Positions 8,646 to 17,660 of a stretch of DNA of 64,000 bases are shown one piece after another. The position numbers were made by a program, and so were the translations under genes. A model generated the notes under the pieces. It saw only the letters and a program-made list of their open reading frames with translations. It did not search any database and was not told the DNA's origin. The stretch spans positions 3,329 to 67,328 of the forward strand of contig CABUQZ010000009.1 of NCBI GenBank assembly GCA_902493795.1, written 5' to 3'. Position 1 is the first letter of the stretch. Each line of letters opens with the position of its first letter. The DNA comes from an uncultured Clostridium sp. Lineage in GTDB: Bacteria > Bacillota_I > Bacilli_A > RF39 > UBA660.

Positions 8646-9371
8646 ATGAAGAAGAGGAAAAAAAGTAAAAAGAATAACAAAATAAAAGATAGGTTATTAA
8701 TTTTTATAATGTTTTTTTTATTAGCACTTTCGTATTTTGAATTAAATAGTGATATTCGTCTTGGTAATATCATAAAAGATCTTATTTTCTATCCTTCAAG
8801 TAATGTTAAAACACAGGCTTTTATTAAAACATATGAAACTGAGTTAATTGAAGAAAATAAAGAATTAAAAAAAATAATGAATATTAAATTATCTTTAACG
8901 GATTTTGATATAGAATATGGAACAGTTATAGAAAGGAACAATTCTTACTGGCTAGAAGAACTAACAATAAATAAAGGACTACTAAATGGTATAAAAAAGG
9001 ATTCACCAGTAATTACTGAAGGTGGTCTAATAGGTAAAATATCCTCAGTGTCATTAAGTAATTCAACTATTAAACTAATAACAAATGAAGAATCATCTAT
9101 TCCTATAACAATAAATAAAAAAAATAAACTACTAACAACTAAAAATAATAAAGTTATTATAAGAGGAATAAATGCTAAAGATAAAATAAAAGTAGGAGAT
9201 AGTGTAACAACTAGTGGTCTTTCAAGTAGTTTCCCAAAAGGAATACTAATTGGTACAGTATCAAGTATTACTAAAGAAAAAGATAAAGTTGGATATATAG
9301 CAGAAGTTAAATTAAGTAGTAATATTGATAATTTAAGATTTGTAGCAGTATTAAAAAGGAAAATATCATGA
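8646..9371 (+). CDS. mreC: Rod shape-determining protein MreC
   Basis: N-terminal TM, coiled coil (ELIEENKELKK), and C-terminal beta domains with VITEGGLIGKISSV and TTSGLSSSFPKGILIGTV. Followed by mreD through an ATGA overlap. Confidence 0.85.
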   Translation: MKKRKKSKKNNKIKDRLLIFIMFFLLALSYFELNSDIRLGNIIKDLIFYPSSNVKTQAFIKTYETELIEENKELKKIMNIKLSLTDFDIEYGTVIERNNSYWLEELTINKGLLNGIKKDSPVITEGGLIGKISSVSLSNSTIKLITNEESSIPITINKKNKLLTTKNNKVIIRGINAKDKIKVGDSVTTSGLSSSFPKGILIGTVSSITKEKDKVGYIAEVKLSSNIDNLRFVAVLKRKIS

Positions 9372-9838
9372 TAATAAGTCTAATATCTTTTATTCTTGAC
9401 GTAATAATACTAAATATTACAAAATATAATCATGAAGTTATGCTTATTTTTCCAATGTTTACTATAGTATCTTTATTATCTTCAATTTATTTTAGAAAAG
9501 ATAAACTAATAAACTATTTTACACTTTCTTTATATTTTTCTTTAACAGGACTGTTTGTTTATCCAATTTTTTTCTATTTATTAGAGTTATATATCATTAG
9601 AAAAGATTTAAAAAATTTTAATATTAATAATTATCTTTTTAAAGTTATGTCATCATTAATAGTATTTGATTCTTTATTCTTCTTACTTACTAAAATACCT
9701 AGAATTACTTCTTATAATATTTCTCTTTTATTTAACAAAATAGTGATAACTCTTCCAATAAATTTTTTGTATTCAGTAATATTATTTTACATAAATAAAG
9801 TTCTAAAACAGCATGACAAGAAGTATAAATTAGTATGA
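9368..9838 (+). CDS. mreD: Rod shape-determining protein MreD (polytopic membrane protein)
   Basis: 156-aa polytopic hydrophobic protein, translationally coupled (ATGA) to mreC. Call rests on position and size. Confidence 0.7.
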   Translation: MIISLISFILDVIILNITKYNHEVMLIFPMFTIVSLLSSIYFRKDKLINYFTLSLYFSLTGLFVYPIFFYLLELYIIRKDLKNFNINNYLFKVMSSLIVFDSLFFLLTKIPRITSYNISLLFNKIVITLPINFLYSVILFYINKVLKQHDKKYKLV

Positions 9839-10428
9839 CAGAATTAGAAAAATATAAAAAAAAGAAAAAAAATAATAATCATAATAATATAGAAAAAAGT
9901 AATTATTTAAATATTATTCTAAAAAAATCATTGTTGTCTATTATACTTTTCCTAGTTTTTTTAATCTCTACTAAAAATAACGAAAGTTTTAAAAATATCA
10001 TTTATGAAAATGTATATGGAAATAACATATCTTTTGCTAAATTTAATTCCTGGTATCAAAAAAACTTTGGAGATTTGTTCCCTTTAGGAAAGATTGATGA
10101 TGTTCCAGTTTTTAATGAGAGTATAACTTTTTCTAAAAAAGAAAAGTATTTGGATGGTGTTTTACTAACAGTAGAAGATAATTACATTGTCCCATCATAC
10201 ACAGATGGTATTGTTGTATATATTGGAGAAAAAGAAAACTATGGAAATACCATTATTATAGAGGATGAAAACAATGTAAATTATTGGTATTCAAATGTTA
10301 ATGTTTTAAATATAAATATATATGACTATGTAAAAAAGGGTGAGTATATAGCAGAAGCAAAAGATAATAAACTAATTATGCTATTCCAAAAGAAAGGTAA
10401 AATAGAAGACTATCAAAAATATATTTAA
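9835..10428 (+). CDS. Membrane protein with a degenerate LytM/M23 domain, SpoIVFA-like
   Basis: Basic N-terminus, one TM (LLSIILFLVFLIS), and a C-terminal M23-like fold (DGIVVYIGEKENYGNTIIIED...YWYSNV...VKKGEYIAEA) that lacks the catalytic His residues. Lies immediately upstream of a SpoIVFB-like M50 protease, the same order as B. subtilis mreCD-(minCD)-spoIVFA-spoIVFB. Confidence 0.6.
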   Translation: MTELEKYKKKKKNNNHNNIEKSNYLNIILKKSLLSIILFLVFLISTKNNESFKNIIYENVYGNNISFAKFNSWYQKNFGDLFPLGKIDDVPVFNESITFSKKEKYLDGVLLTVEDNYIVPSYTDGIVVYIGEKENYGNTIIIEDENNVNYWYSNVNVLNINIYDYVKKGEYIAEAKDNKLIMLFQKKGKIEDYQKYI

Positions 10429-10501
10429 AGTATCCTCTCTTACTTATATATTTATATTTGCAAGTCTTCTTACTGGGCATTTTAAAGAAATAATATTATA
10501 T

Positions 10502-11137
10502 ATGTCTTTAATCATTTTTCATGAAATAGGGCATTTAACATCAGCTAAAATATTTAACTGGCAGGTAGATAAAATATATATTTATCCCTTAGGAGGTATC
10601 ACAAGATTTAATGACAAGATAAATAAACCTCTAGTAGAAGATCTAATAGTAACCTTGATGGGACCAATTTTTCAAATTATTTTAGCTTATTTTTTAATAA
10701 AATTAGATAGTAGAGTATATCTATTTAATAAAACATTACTATTATTTAATCTACTTCCAATAGCACCTTTAGATGGTAGTAAATTAGTAGCAGTTTTTCT
10801 ATCTTTAATTATAAGGTATAAAAAGAGTTTATATTTAAATATAGTGATATCTTTTATTACATATTTATTTGTTCTTTCATATTTCATTTTATACAAAAAT
10901 TCGATTATCTTTTTATTTGTAATATTTCTCTTGTTTTTTAAAATAATTGATGAAAAAAATAAAATATCTTTCTATTTTGATAAGTTTTTATTAGAAAGAT
11001 ATTTATATATTTTTAAGTTTAAGAAAACAAAAGTTGTTAAAGATGTAAATAATTTTTATAAATATAAGAATAATATTGTGAAAACAAGTAAACTAAAAAC
11101 AGAAAAAGAGCTTCTTAAAGAGTATTTTGAAAAATAA
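10502..11137 (+). CDS. spoIVFB: Site-2 (M50) intramembrane metalloprotease, SpoIVFB-like; true start probably upstream of the called ATG
   Basis: HEIGH zinc motif at residues 7-11 of the ATG-started ORF; NLLPIAPLDGS motif (M50 NxxPxxxxDG); polytopic. The in-frame upstream sequence (from 10406) encodes ...SSLTYIFIFASLLTGHFKEIILY, resembling the SpoIVFB N-terminus (..LLTGH..). Confidence 0.75.
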   Translation: MSLIIFHEIGHLTSAKIFNWQVDKIYIYPLGGITRFNDKINKPLVEDLIVTLMGPIFQIILAYFLIKLDSRVYLFNKTLLLFNLLPIAPLDGSKLVAVFLSLIIRYKKSLYLNIVISFITYLFVLSYFILYKNSIIFLFVIFLLFFKIIDEKNKISFYFDKFLLERYLYIFKFKKTKVVKDVNNFYKYKNNIVKTSKLKTEKELLKEYFEK

Positions 11138-11140
11138 TAA

Positions 11141-12601
11141 TTATTCTTTTTTAACTTTTATATTTGTTGCACTAGGTCCATGGACTAAATTACCATCAAT
11201 ATCAAACTTTGATGAGTGACAAGGGCAGTCCCATGTTTTATCTGTATAGTTAAATATAAGACTACATTTCATATGTGGGCATTTATTGTAAACAATATGA
11301 GCATCCCCTGAAGAATCAACGTATTTTCCATACCAAATTCCATCTTTTTTAAAGACTGTCACATCATCATTATAAAATGGTTGATTCTTTACTAGTTTAC
11401 TTAATATAAAACTGGTTCCATTTGAAAAACTATTTGCTGTATACTTAAAAAAGTTACTCATTCTAGTAGGATTAAAAGTATCACTATACTCATTTTTTAT
11501 ATTTAAAATAGAATCACTTATAATCTTAGCTGATATAGTACCATTTAAAAATCCCCATGTAGAATATCCTGTTGCAATATATAAGTTATCATCTAGTTTT
11601 CCAGAGAAGGGGATATAGTCAGGACTAATCACATCGATATTGGACCATTTATAAATAGGTTTTTTATGGTATTTTGATTGATATTCCAAAGAAAATTTAT
11701 CTTCTTCACTTTTTGAGTCGATCATCTTACTTATTGATTTAGAATGAGAACAGTATATCTCGTAGTTTCCATCATCTGTGTAGTATCTAACTGAATAATC
11801 ACCAATTTGGGAAATAGCATTAAACATTTTATTTTTATCGACAAGTGAAGCAAGTAAATAGCTTTTTTCTACTGTTGTTTTAAAAGGGATAAGTCCTAAA
11901 GATATTAAAAAAGGATAATGGGTTGCAACAATAACTATTTTTGATTTAATAACATTATTATTTACATTGGTATAGTAATATCCATCTTTAAAATCAATAT
12001 CAGTTGCTAAAGAGTTTTCATAAATTTTTATCTTATTCTTAACTACATCTTTTAGACCAGTTAAATATTTATGTGGATTAAAAACAAAAGTGTCTCTTAC
12101 TTCTATAGAATAAATATTATTAGGAATATCTTTATTTTCTACAACATTATATAAAATATTATTCCTTTTTAATATTTTTTCTATTTTTTTAATGTCTTTA
12201 ATCTCTTTTTCACTAGTAGCAAAAAGAAAAGAGCTATTAGGTTCCAAATTACAATTAATCTTTTCCTTAGTAATTATATCTTTAATAATCTTTAAAGCTT
12301 CTAACTGGCTTTTTAAATAAACGTCTTCTTTTTCAATACTTCCTTTTACTAAAGAATCTTGTAAATATGTAAGTTTTCCAGTTGAATACGCACTAACTCC
12401 AAATCCAATGGTTCCTTTATCGACTAAAATAATATCTTTACCTTGTAGAAAATAACAACAAGAAAGCCCAGTAATACCACCACCAATAACAAGTATCTCA
12501 GAAGTTAAATCTTTATCTATTTCATTAAAAGAGGAAAAATTAGCATCTTTTAACCAAATACTTTCATTCATAAAATCATCACCTATATATGTAATGAACA
12601 T
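11141..12601 (-). CDS. FAD-dependent oxidoreductase fused to a C-terminal Rieske [2Fe-2S] domain (YhfW-like)
   Basis: Dinucleotide-binding motif VIGGGITGLS near the N-terminus. Rieske motifs CPHMKC...CPCHSSKF at the C-terminus. Confidence 0.8.
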   Translation of the reverse strand: MFITYIGDDFMNESIWLKDANFSSFNEIDKDLTSEILVIGGGITGLSCCYFLQGKDIILVDKGTIGFGVSAYSTGKLTYLQDSLVKGSIEKEDVYLKSQLEALKIIKDIITKEKINCNLEPNSSFLFATSEKEIKDIKKIEKILKRNNILYNVVENKDIPNNIYSIEVRDTFVFNPHKYLTGLKDVVKNKIKIYENSLATDIDFKDGYYYTNVNNNVIKSKIVIVATHYPFLISLGLIPFKTTVEKSYLLASLVDKNKMFNAISQIGDYSVRYYTDDGNYEIYCSHSKSISKMIDSKSEEDKFSLEYQSKYHKKPIYKWSNIDVISPDYIPFSGKLDDNLYIATGYSTWGFLNGTISAKIISDSILNIKNEYSDTFNPTRMSNFFKYTANSFSNGTSFILSKLVKNQPFYNDDVTVFKKDGIWYGKYVDSSGDAHIVYNKCPHMKCSLIFNYTDKTWDCPCHSSKFDIDGNLVHGPSATNIKVKKE

Positions 12602-12743
12602 AATTATGATAAATTATTCATAAAGTTTAAAAGATAATTTAAATTATTAGGAAATAAGTTATTAAAAAGAAGTTATTTCTTAATAAAAGTGCTATTGTAA
12701 ATTTAACTTAAAAATGATATAGTACTGATGTAAGGATGATAAG

Positions 12744-12965
12744 ATGAGAAAAAGAAAATGTGAGCTTTGTGGAGCTACAATTAGCAAAAACGATGCTTTT
12801 TGCAAAACTTGTGGAAACTCCATAAAAAAAGATAAAGATATAACTGATGCAGTAATAGAAGATCCAAGTAGTAAAAGTAACACTAAATTCTTAGTTACTA
12901 TAATTTCTATAATTATAATTATTATTTTAGTGCTACTAGTATACTTTCTATTATTTGGAAATTAA
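12744..12965 (+). CDS. Small zinc-ribbon membrane protein
   Basis: CELCGATISKNDAFCKTCG zinc ribbon plus a C-terminal TM (FLVTIISIIIIIILVLLVYFLLF). Preferred over the overlapping antisense ORF 12692..12883. Confidence 0.6.
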   Translation: MRKRKCELCGATISKNDAFCKTCGNSIKKDKDITDAVIEDPSSKSNTKFLVTIISIIIIIILVLLVYFLLFGN

Positions 12966-13002
12966 AAAATAATAAAAACATATAATTCTAATGGAGGATT
13001 AT

Positions 13003-13695
13003 ATGTTTTTTAAATTGTTAAATAAATTAAAAGAATTATTTGTTTTTACAGCAAGTTATTCAAATAATGTCTTCTTAGATCCTTTAAGTGAAGAAGAAGA
13101 AAAAGAAATGCTTCAAAGAATGAAAGAAAATGATAATGAAGCAAGAAATACTCTAATTGAACACAACTTGCGATTAGTTGCTCACATCGTAAAAAAGTTT
13201 GACTATAAAAGTGTTGATCAAGATGATTTAATTAGCATTGGAACAATTGGACTTATTAAGGGTGTTGATACATTTCAAAAAAGTCATGGAACAAAACTTA
13301 CTACTTATTGTGCTAAATGTATAGAAAATGAAATCTTGATGTATTTTAGAAGCAACAATAAAACAAATAAGAATATTTCATTAAATGAATCAATTGGCTT
13401 TGATAAAGAAGGAAATGAAATAACTATTCTAGATATTCTTAAAATGCCTTCTCCTGATTATATAAATGATATATCAGAAAAAGATAACATTAAGCTTTTA
13501 AAACAGTATTTCAACGTTTTAACTGATAGAGAAAAAGAAATCATAATGAAAAGGTATGGATTAGGAAATTACGAAGAAAAAACACAAAAAGATATAGCAA
13601 AAGAATATAAAATATCTAGAAGTTATGTCTCTAGAATTGAAAAAAGAGCTCTTATGAAAATGTTAAGAGAATATCTAAAAAATAACAAAGAGTAA
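13003..13695 (+). CDS. sigK: Sporulation sigma factor, pro-sigma-K type (uninterrupted)
   Basis: IEHNLRLVAHIVKKF, DLISIGTIGLIKG, TYCAKCIENEILMYFR and ISRSYVSRIEKRAL are sigE/sigK-group signatures. The N-terminal prosequence KLKELFVFTASYSNNVFLDPLSEEEE parallels B. subtilis pro-sigK (..KELVFLVSYVKNNAFPQPLSSSEE). GGAGG lies 5 nt before the ATG at 13003, so the ATG at 12991 lies within the RBS. Confidence 0.85.
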   Translation: MFFKLLNKLKELFVFTASYSNNVFLDPLSEEEEKEMLQRMKENDNEARNTLIEHNLRLVAHIVKKFDYKSVDQDDLISIGTIGLIKGVDTFQKSHGTKLTTYCAKCIENEILMYFRSNNKTNKNISLNESIGFDKEGNEITILDILKMPSPDYINDISEKDNIKLLKQYFNVLTDREKEIIMKRYGLGNYEEKTQKDIAKEYKISRSYVSRIEKRALMKMLREYLKNNKE

Positions 13696-13814
13696 GGAAG
13701 AAAAACACACAATTAGTTTATTTCTATAGACTTTTTTTTCTATTACAAGTATAATTAACTTATAATAGACGAATGATATGAGAAGTGTGTATACATCATA
13801 GTTTAGGAGGATAT

Positions 13815-15290
13815 ATGAAATATTTTAAAGTGTTGTTAACTATTATACTAGCCTTTGTTGTTGTTCCAACAATTGTTTTAGCAGCAGAAAATAGCATTAG
13901 TTTGGAATGTAATACAGTTGTAAGTAAAGGTGATGAGTTATCAGTTGATATTGTGCTTACAACTAAAGATACGACAAATGGTTTTGCAGCAAGCTTTACG
14001 TATGAGAAGTCAGCACTAGAACTTTTAAGTATTGAAAATAAAGATAACTGGGAAAGAAATCAAGAAGGGGAAACAGAAAGTGAAAATGGTCCACTTACTT
14101 TGAAATTTACTCATCCTAATGGAATTTCAGGAAAAACTACTGTTGCAACTATCAGGTTTAAAGTAAAAAAAGATGCTACTAAATCAAGTGCTATCTTAAC
14201 AATAGAAGGAACTGTAACTGCCAAAGAAGATGGAACAACTAGTACATTAGAAAAAGTAGAAAAGAAAATAGATATAAAATCAACAGATAATACACTAAAA
14301 GATTTAAAATTTAATGGAGAAACATTTATTAATTTTAAACCAACACAATATAGCTACACAAAAGAAGTAGATTCAAGCGTCATAACAGCTAATATTGAAG
14401 CAGAATTAAATGACCCAACAGCAAAATTTAAAGATAAATATGCACCAAAAACAGGGCAACCACTAGATTATGGTAAAAATGTTTTTGAAATAATAGTAGT
14501 ATCAGCTTCTGGGGAAGAAAAAAAATATGTAATAACAATTGTTAGAGCAGATAATCGTGGAACAAACAATAATTTAAAAAGTTTATTAATAAATTCAAAT
14601 CCAAAGTTATTTACCTTTGATAAAAGTGAACTAGAGTATACAATCACAACTCACAAGTTAAAAACTATCGATGTTACAGCAATACCAGAAGATGAAAAAG
14701 CAAAAGTTGATATTAAAAAACCAGATGAATTAAAAATTGGTCTTAACGAAGTAACAATAACTGTAACAAGTGAGAAAAAAGAATCAAAAGTATATAAAAT
14801 AACAATTAATAATGTAGATACTGATATAGATACAACACTAAGTAACATTGAAATATTTGGGCTAGACGAAGAATTTAATTTCGAAAAAGATAAACTAGAC
14901 TATGAAGTATTATATAAAGAAAAATATAAAGACACAATTGTTATAAAACCAGTATTAAGTAATAAAGATGAAGCAGAATATGATAGAGCAAAACTAGAAA
15001 GTGATATTTCAAACTTAGGACCAGATAAGAAAGTAACAATAACAGTAAAAGCCAAAGATGGAACAAAAGGAGTAGAAAGAGTATATACAATTACCTTTAA
15101 AAAAGACACAAGAATAAACTTTTTCTTGATTTTAGGATTAATTATATTTATAGTATTACTTGTGATTTTCATAAGATTAGTATTAGAGAAAAAAAGAAAT
15201 GACAAACAAAATACTAATAACAATAACAAAAAAGAGAAAGAAGAAGAATTAGTTAAGACTAAAAAATTAGAAAAAGTAAGAGTAGAATAA
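13815..15290 (+). CDS. Surface protein: signal peptide, cohesin-like N-domain, 3-4 cadherin-like beta-sandwich repeats, C-terminal TM anchor
   Basis: AGGAGG RBS before the ATG at 13815 (MKYFKVLLTIILAFVVVPTIVLAAE). Repeats start at NTLKDLKFNG / NNLKSLLINS / TTLSNIEIFG and end like KKYVITIVR / KVYKITINN / RVYTITFKK. C-terminal TM FFLILGLIIFIVLLVIFI followed by a basic tail. Confidence 0.7.
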   Translation: MKYFKVLLTIILAFVVVPTIVLAAENSISLECNTVVSKGDELSVDIVLTTKDTTNGFAASFTYEKSALELLSIENKDNWERNQEGETESENGPLTLKFTHPNGISGKTTVATIRFKVKKDATKSSAILTIEGTVTAKEDGTTSTLEKVEKKIDIKSTDNTLKDLKFNGETFINFKPTQYSYTKEVDSSVITANIEAELNDPTAKFKDKYAPKTGQPLDYGKNVFEIIVVSASGEEKKYVITIVRADNRGTNNNLKSLLINSNPKLFTFDKSELEYTITTHKLKTIDVTAIPEDEKAKVDIKKPDELKIGLNEVTITVTSEKKESKVYKITINNVDTDIDTTLSNIEIFGLDEEFNFEKDKLDYEVLYKEKYKDTIVIKPVLSNKDEAEYDRAKLESDISNLGPDKKVTITVKAKDGTKGVERVYTITFKKDTRINFFLILGLIIFIVLLVIFIRLVLEKKRNDKQNTNNNNKKEKEEELVKTKKLEKVRVE

Positions 15291-15310
15291 CTATTTCTTA
15301 AGAGGATTCT

Positions 15311-15832
15311 ATGAAGAAATATATTCCTAAAATGTATAAAAAAAACATTAAAGAAATTGATTATGATAAGTTAAAAAAAATGAATATCAAGTGCTTGATG
15401 TTTGATTTAGATAATACTTTATTAAAAGTTCATAAAAGTCTTCCTAAAAAAGAAGTATGTGACTTAATAAAAAAATTAAAACCTAATTTCAAAATATTTA
15501 TAGCATCAAATAATAGCAGCAAGAAACGTTTGTCTCTTGCTGCTAAAAGTCTTGGTGTAGATTTTGTAAGATTTGCCATGAAACCTTTTTCAAGAGGGTT
15601 TAAGAAAGTACAGAAAAATTGTGGCGTTGAAAAAAGTGAAATGTGTATTATTGGAGATCAAATAATGACAGATATCCTAGGGGGAAATAAATATGGTATT
15701 TATACTATATTAGTAGATCCTCTTTCAAAAGAAGAATTAAAAGTAACTGGATTTAACAGAATACTAGAAAAAAGAGTATTAAATAAACTTGAAAAGAAGA
15801 ACCTTTTCAAAAAAGGAGAATACTATGAATAA
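15311..15832 (+). CDS. yqeG: YqeG-family HAD phosphatase
   Basis: HAD motifs MFDLDNTL, ASNN and IIGDQIMTDILGGN. Directly upstream of yqeH, as in Bacillus. Confidence 0.8.
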   Translation: MKKYIPKMYKKNIKEIDYDKLKKMNIKCLMFDLDNTLLKVHKSLPKKEVCDLIKKLKPNFKIFIASNNSSKKRLSLAAKSLGVDFVRFAMKPFSRGFKKVQKNCGVEKSEMCIIGDQIMTDILGGNKYGIYTILVDPLSKEELKVTGFNRILEKRVLNKLEKKNLFKKGEYYE

Positions 15833-16835
15833 CGAAAAATTTTGTCTTGGATGTGGAGTAAAGCTACAAGACACTAATATGTTATTTGAAGGATACACTC
15901 CAGACTTAGAGAATAATATCTGTTCAAGATGCTTTAAGTTAAGAAACTATGGAGACTATCAAATTTCAACAAAATCTAATGAAGAATATATTGAAATACT
16001 AAAAAAAGTAAATGATACAAAAGACTTAGTTTTGTATGTAGTGGACTTATTAAATATAGAAAAAGATCTTAATATGATAAGAAACTATATAACAAATAGA
16101 CTTATTCTAGTACTTACTAAAAGAGATATTCTTCCAAGAAGTGTAAATGATGAGAAAATTAAAAACTATTTTGCAAATCTTGGACTAGATTATCAAGATA
16201 TAATAATTACAAGTGCTAATAAAAACTACAATATGGATGAACTTCTTTTAATGATTAAAAAGCACAAATCAAGTAAATATGTTTATGTGGTAGGAAAAAC
16301 AAATGCAGGTAAAAGCACATTAATAAATAAAATGATTCAAAACTATAGTGAAGAAGATAAGTATGAACTAACTATTTCTCCACTTCCATCAACAACACTT
16401 AATAAAATTGATGTTAAACTAACTGATGATTTAACACTTATTGATACACCAGGTCTTATTGATAGAGGAAGTATTGTAAACTATGTTGATTTTGATACGA
16501 TAAAGAAAATAAATGCTAAAAAAGAAATAAATCCTGATACATTTCAATTGAAAAAAGGACATACATTAATAATTCCAGGTATCTTTAGAATTGATTATGT
16601 CGAAGGAGAAAAGAATAGCTTTACATTTTTTGTGTCAAATGACTTAGAATTTATAAAAAAAGATACATCTAAATGTGAAGAAGTAAATGACTTAACAAAA
16701 AGAACTATTGAAGTTGGATATCATCAAGATTTAGTTATAAATGGTTTAGGTTTTATAAAGATTACAGAGAAGGCACTAGTTAATGTGTACCTACAAAGTA
16801 ACGTAGAAGTTTTTGTAAGGGACTCATTGATATAG
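15825..16835 (+). CDS. yqeH: Ribosome biogenesis GTPase YqeH (circularly permuted GTPase with N-terminal zinc ribbon)
   Basis: CLGCGVKLQ...CSRC zinc ribbon; TKRD (G4) precedes the GKTNAGKSTLIN P-loop; DTPG. AGGAG RBS before the ATG at 15825, with an 8-nt overlap onto yqeG. Confidence 0.85.
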   Translation: MNNEKFCLGCGVKLQDTNMLFEGYTPDLENNICSRCFKLRNYGDYQISTKSNEEYIEILKKVNDTKDLVLYVVDLLNIEKDLNMIRNYITNRLILVLTKRDILPRSVNDEKIKNYFANLGLDYQDIIITSANKNYNMDELLLMIKKHKSSKYVYVVGKTNAGKSTLINKMIQNYSEEDKYELTISPLPSTTLNKIDVKLTDDLTLIDTPGLIDRGSIVNYVDFDTIKKINAKKEINPDTFQLKKGHTLIIPGIFRIDYVEGEKNSFTFFVSNDLEFIKKDTSKCEEVNDLTKRTIEVGYHQDLVINGLGFIKITEKALVNVYLQSNVEVFVRDSLI

Positions 16836-16876
16836 TCCTTTTTTTGTAAAAAAATATGTCAATTTGCTCTAAAAAT

Positions 16877-16905
16877 TTGAATATAAGTACAAAAGTTGCT
16901 ATAAT
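16877..16905 (+). promoter_or_regulatory. Sigma-A-type promoter (TTGAAT-17-TATAAT, extended -10)
   Basis: ttgaat at 16877-82, 17-nt spacer ending in tgc, tataat at 16900-05. Upstream of the hydrolase-murF-ddl gene string. Confidence 0.6.
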
Positions 16906-16920
16906 TAACGTAGGTGTTAA

Positions 16921-17655
16921 ATGATGATATTTAAAGTTAAAGATATAGATGTTAATTACATACAATATGGTAAGGGAAACATAGATGTCGTGTTACTACA
17001 TGGTTGGGGACAAAATATAGAAATGATGGACCCAATAGGAAAGAAGCTCGAAAATATAGCAAAAATAACAATAATTGATTTACCAGGACACGGAAAATCT
17101 AGTGAACCCTTAGAAAGTATTACAATTTATGACTATTGCGAAGTAGTAAAAGAACTACTTGATTATTTAAAAATTAAAAAGCCCATTATGATTGGTCATT
17201 CTTTTGGAGGACGAATCTCTATAATATATGCTTCAAAATATGAAACAGAAAAACTTGTTCTTCTTGGAGCACCTTGTATTAGAAAACAACATAAAGAAAG
17301 CCTTAAAGTAAAGACTTTAAAAACATTGAAGAAAGTACCAGGACTAAATAAGTTAGAGGGATTTGCTAAAAAACACATAGGGTCAAGAGATTATCGAAAT
17401 GCATCTCCAATAATGAGAGCGATACTAGTAAACACAGTAAATGAAGACCTAAGTGAATGTGCCAAAAAAATCGAATGCCCAACCATTTTAATTTGGGGAG
17501 ATAATGATACAGAAGCACCACTAGAAGAAGCAGAAGAACTAGAAAAAACAATGAAAGACGCTGGATTAGTTGTTTACGAAGGTGGAACACACTACACTTA
17601 TCTTGAATTTCTAAATCCTGTATGTAATGTTATAAAAACATTTATTAAGGAGTGA
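16921..17655 (+). CDS. Alpha/beta-fold hydrolase
   Basis: LLHGWG, nucleophile elbow GHSFGG, and late WGDND...H pattern. Paralogous to 50895..51638. Confidence 0.8.
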   Translation: MMIFKVKDIDVNYIQYGKGNIDVVLLHGWGQNIEMMDPIGKKLENIAKITIIDLPGHGKSSEPLESITIYDYCEVVKELLDYLKIKKPIMIGHSFGGRISIIYASKYETEKLVLLGAPCIRKQHKESLKVKTLKTLKKVPGLNKLEGFAKKHIGSRDYRNASPIMRAILVNTVNEDLSECAKKIECPTILIWGDNDTEAPLEEAEELEKTMKDAGLVVYEGGTHYTYLEFLNPVCNVIKTFIKE

Positions 17656-17660
17656 TTTAA

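Noticed and set aside
9365-9840. Possibility of genetic code 4 (UGA = Trp), considered because of the extreme AT-richness
   Set aside because: mreC/mreD, mreD/next gene and dltA-like/dltC-like are joined by ATGA overlaps in which TGA terminates proteins of normal length. All recognised enzymes are full length under code 11.
12991-13695. Interrupted sigK (skin-like element), or a SigE identity for the sigma factor
   Set aside because: The ORF is contiguous through regions 2-4. The prosequence and IEHNLRLVAHIVKKF match my recollection of SigK better than SigE. A phylogeny would still be needed for certainty.
13785-13814. Upstream-extended starts proposed by the ORF track, here and at 12991, 15789, 26461, 30356, 31071, 36167, 36192, 40335, 51735, 60414 and 61785
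   Set aside because: In each case an internal ATG is preceded at 5-10 nt by a strong GGAGG-type RBS. The extension encodes non-conserved residues, overlaps the upstream gene, or at 61785 overlaps a tRNA terminator.
16921-17655. The two alpha/beta hydrolase paralogues (also 50895..51638) as something special
   Set aside because: They are ordinary small serine-hydrolase-fold proteins with standard GxSxG elbows. Paralogy alone is unremarkable, and there is no linked unusual context.
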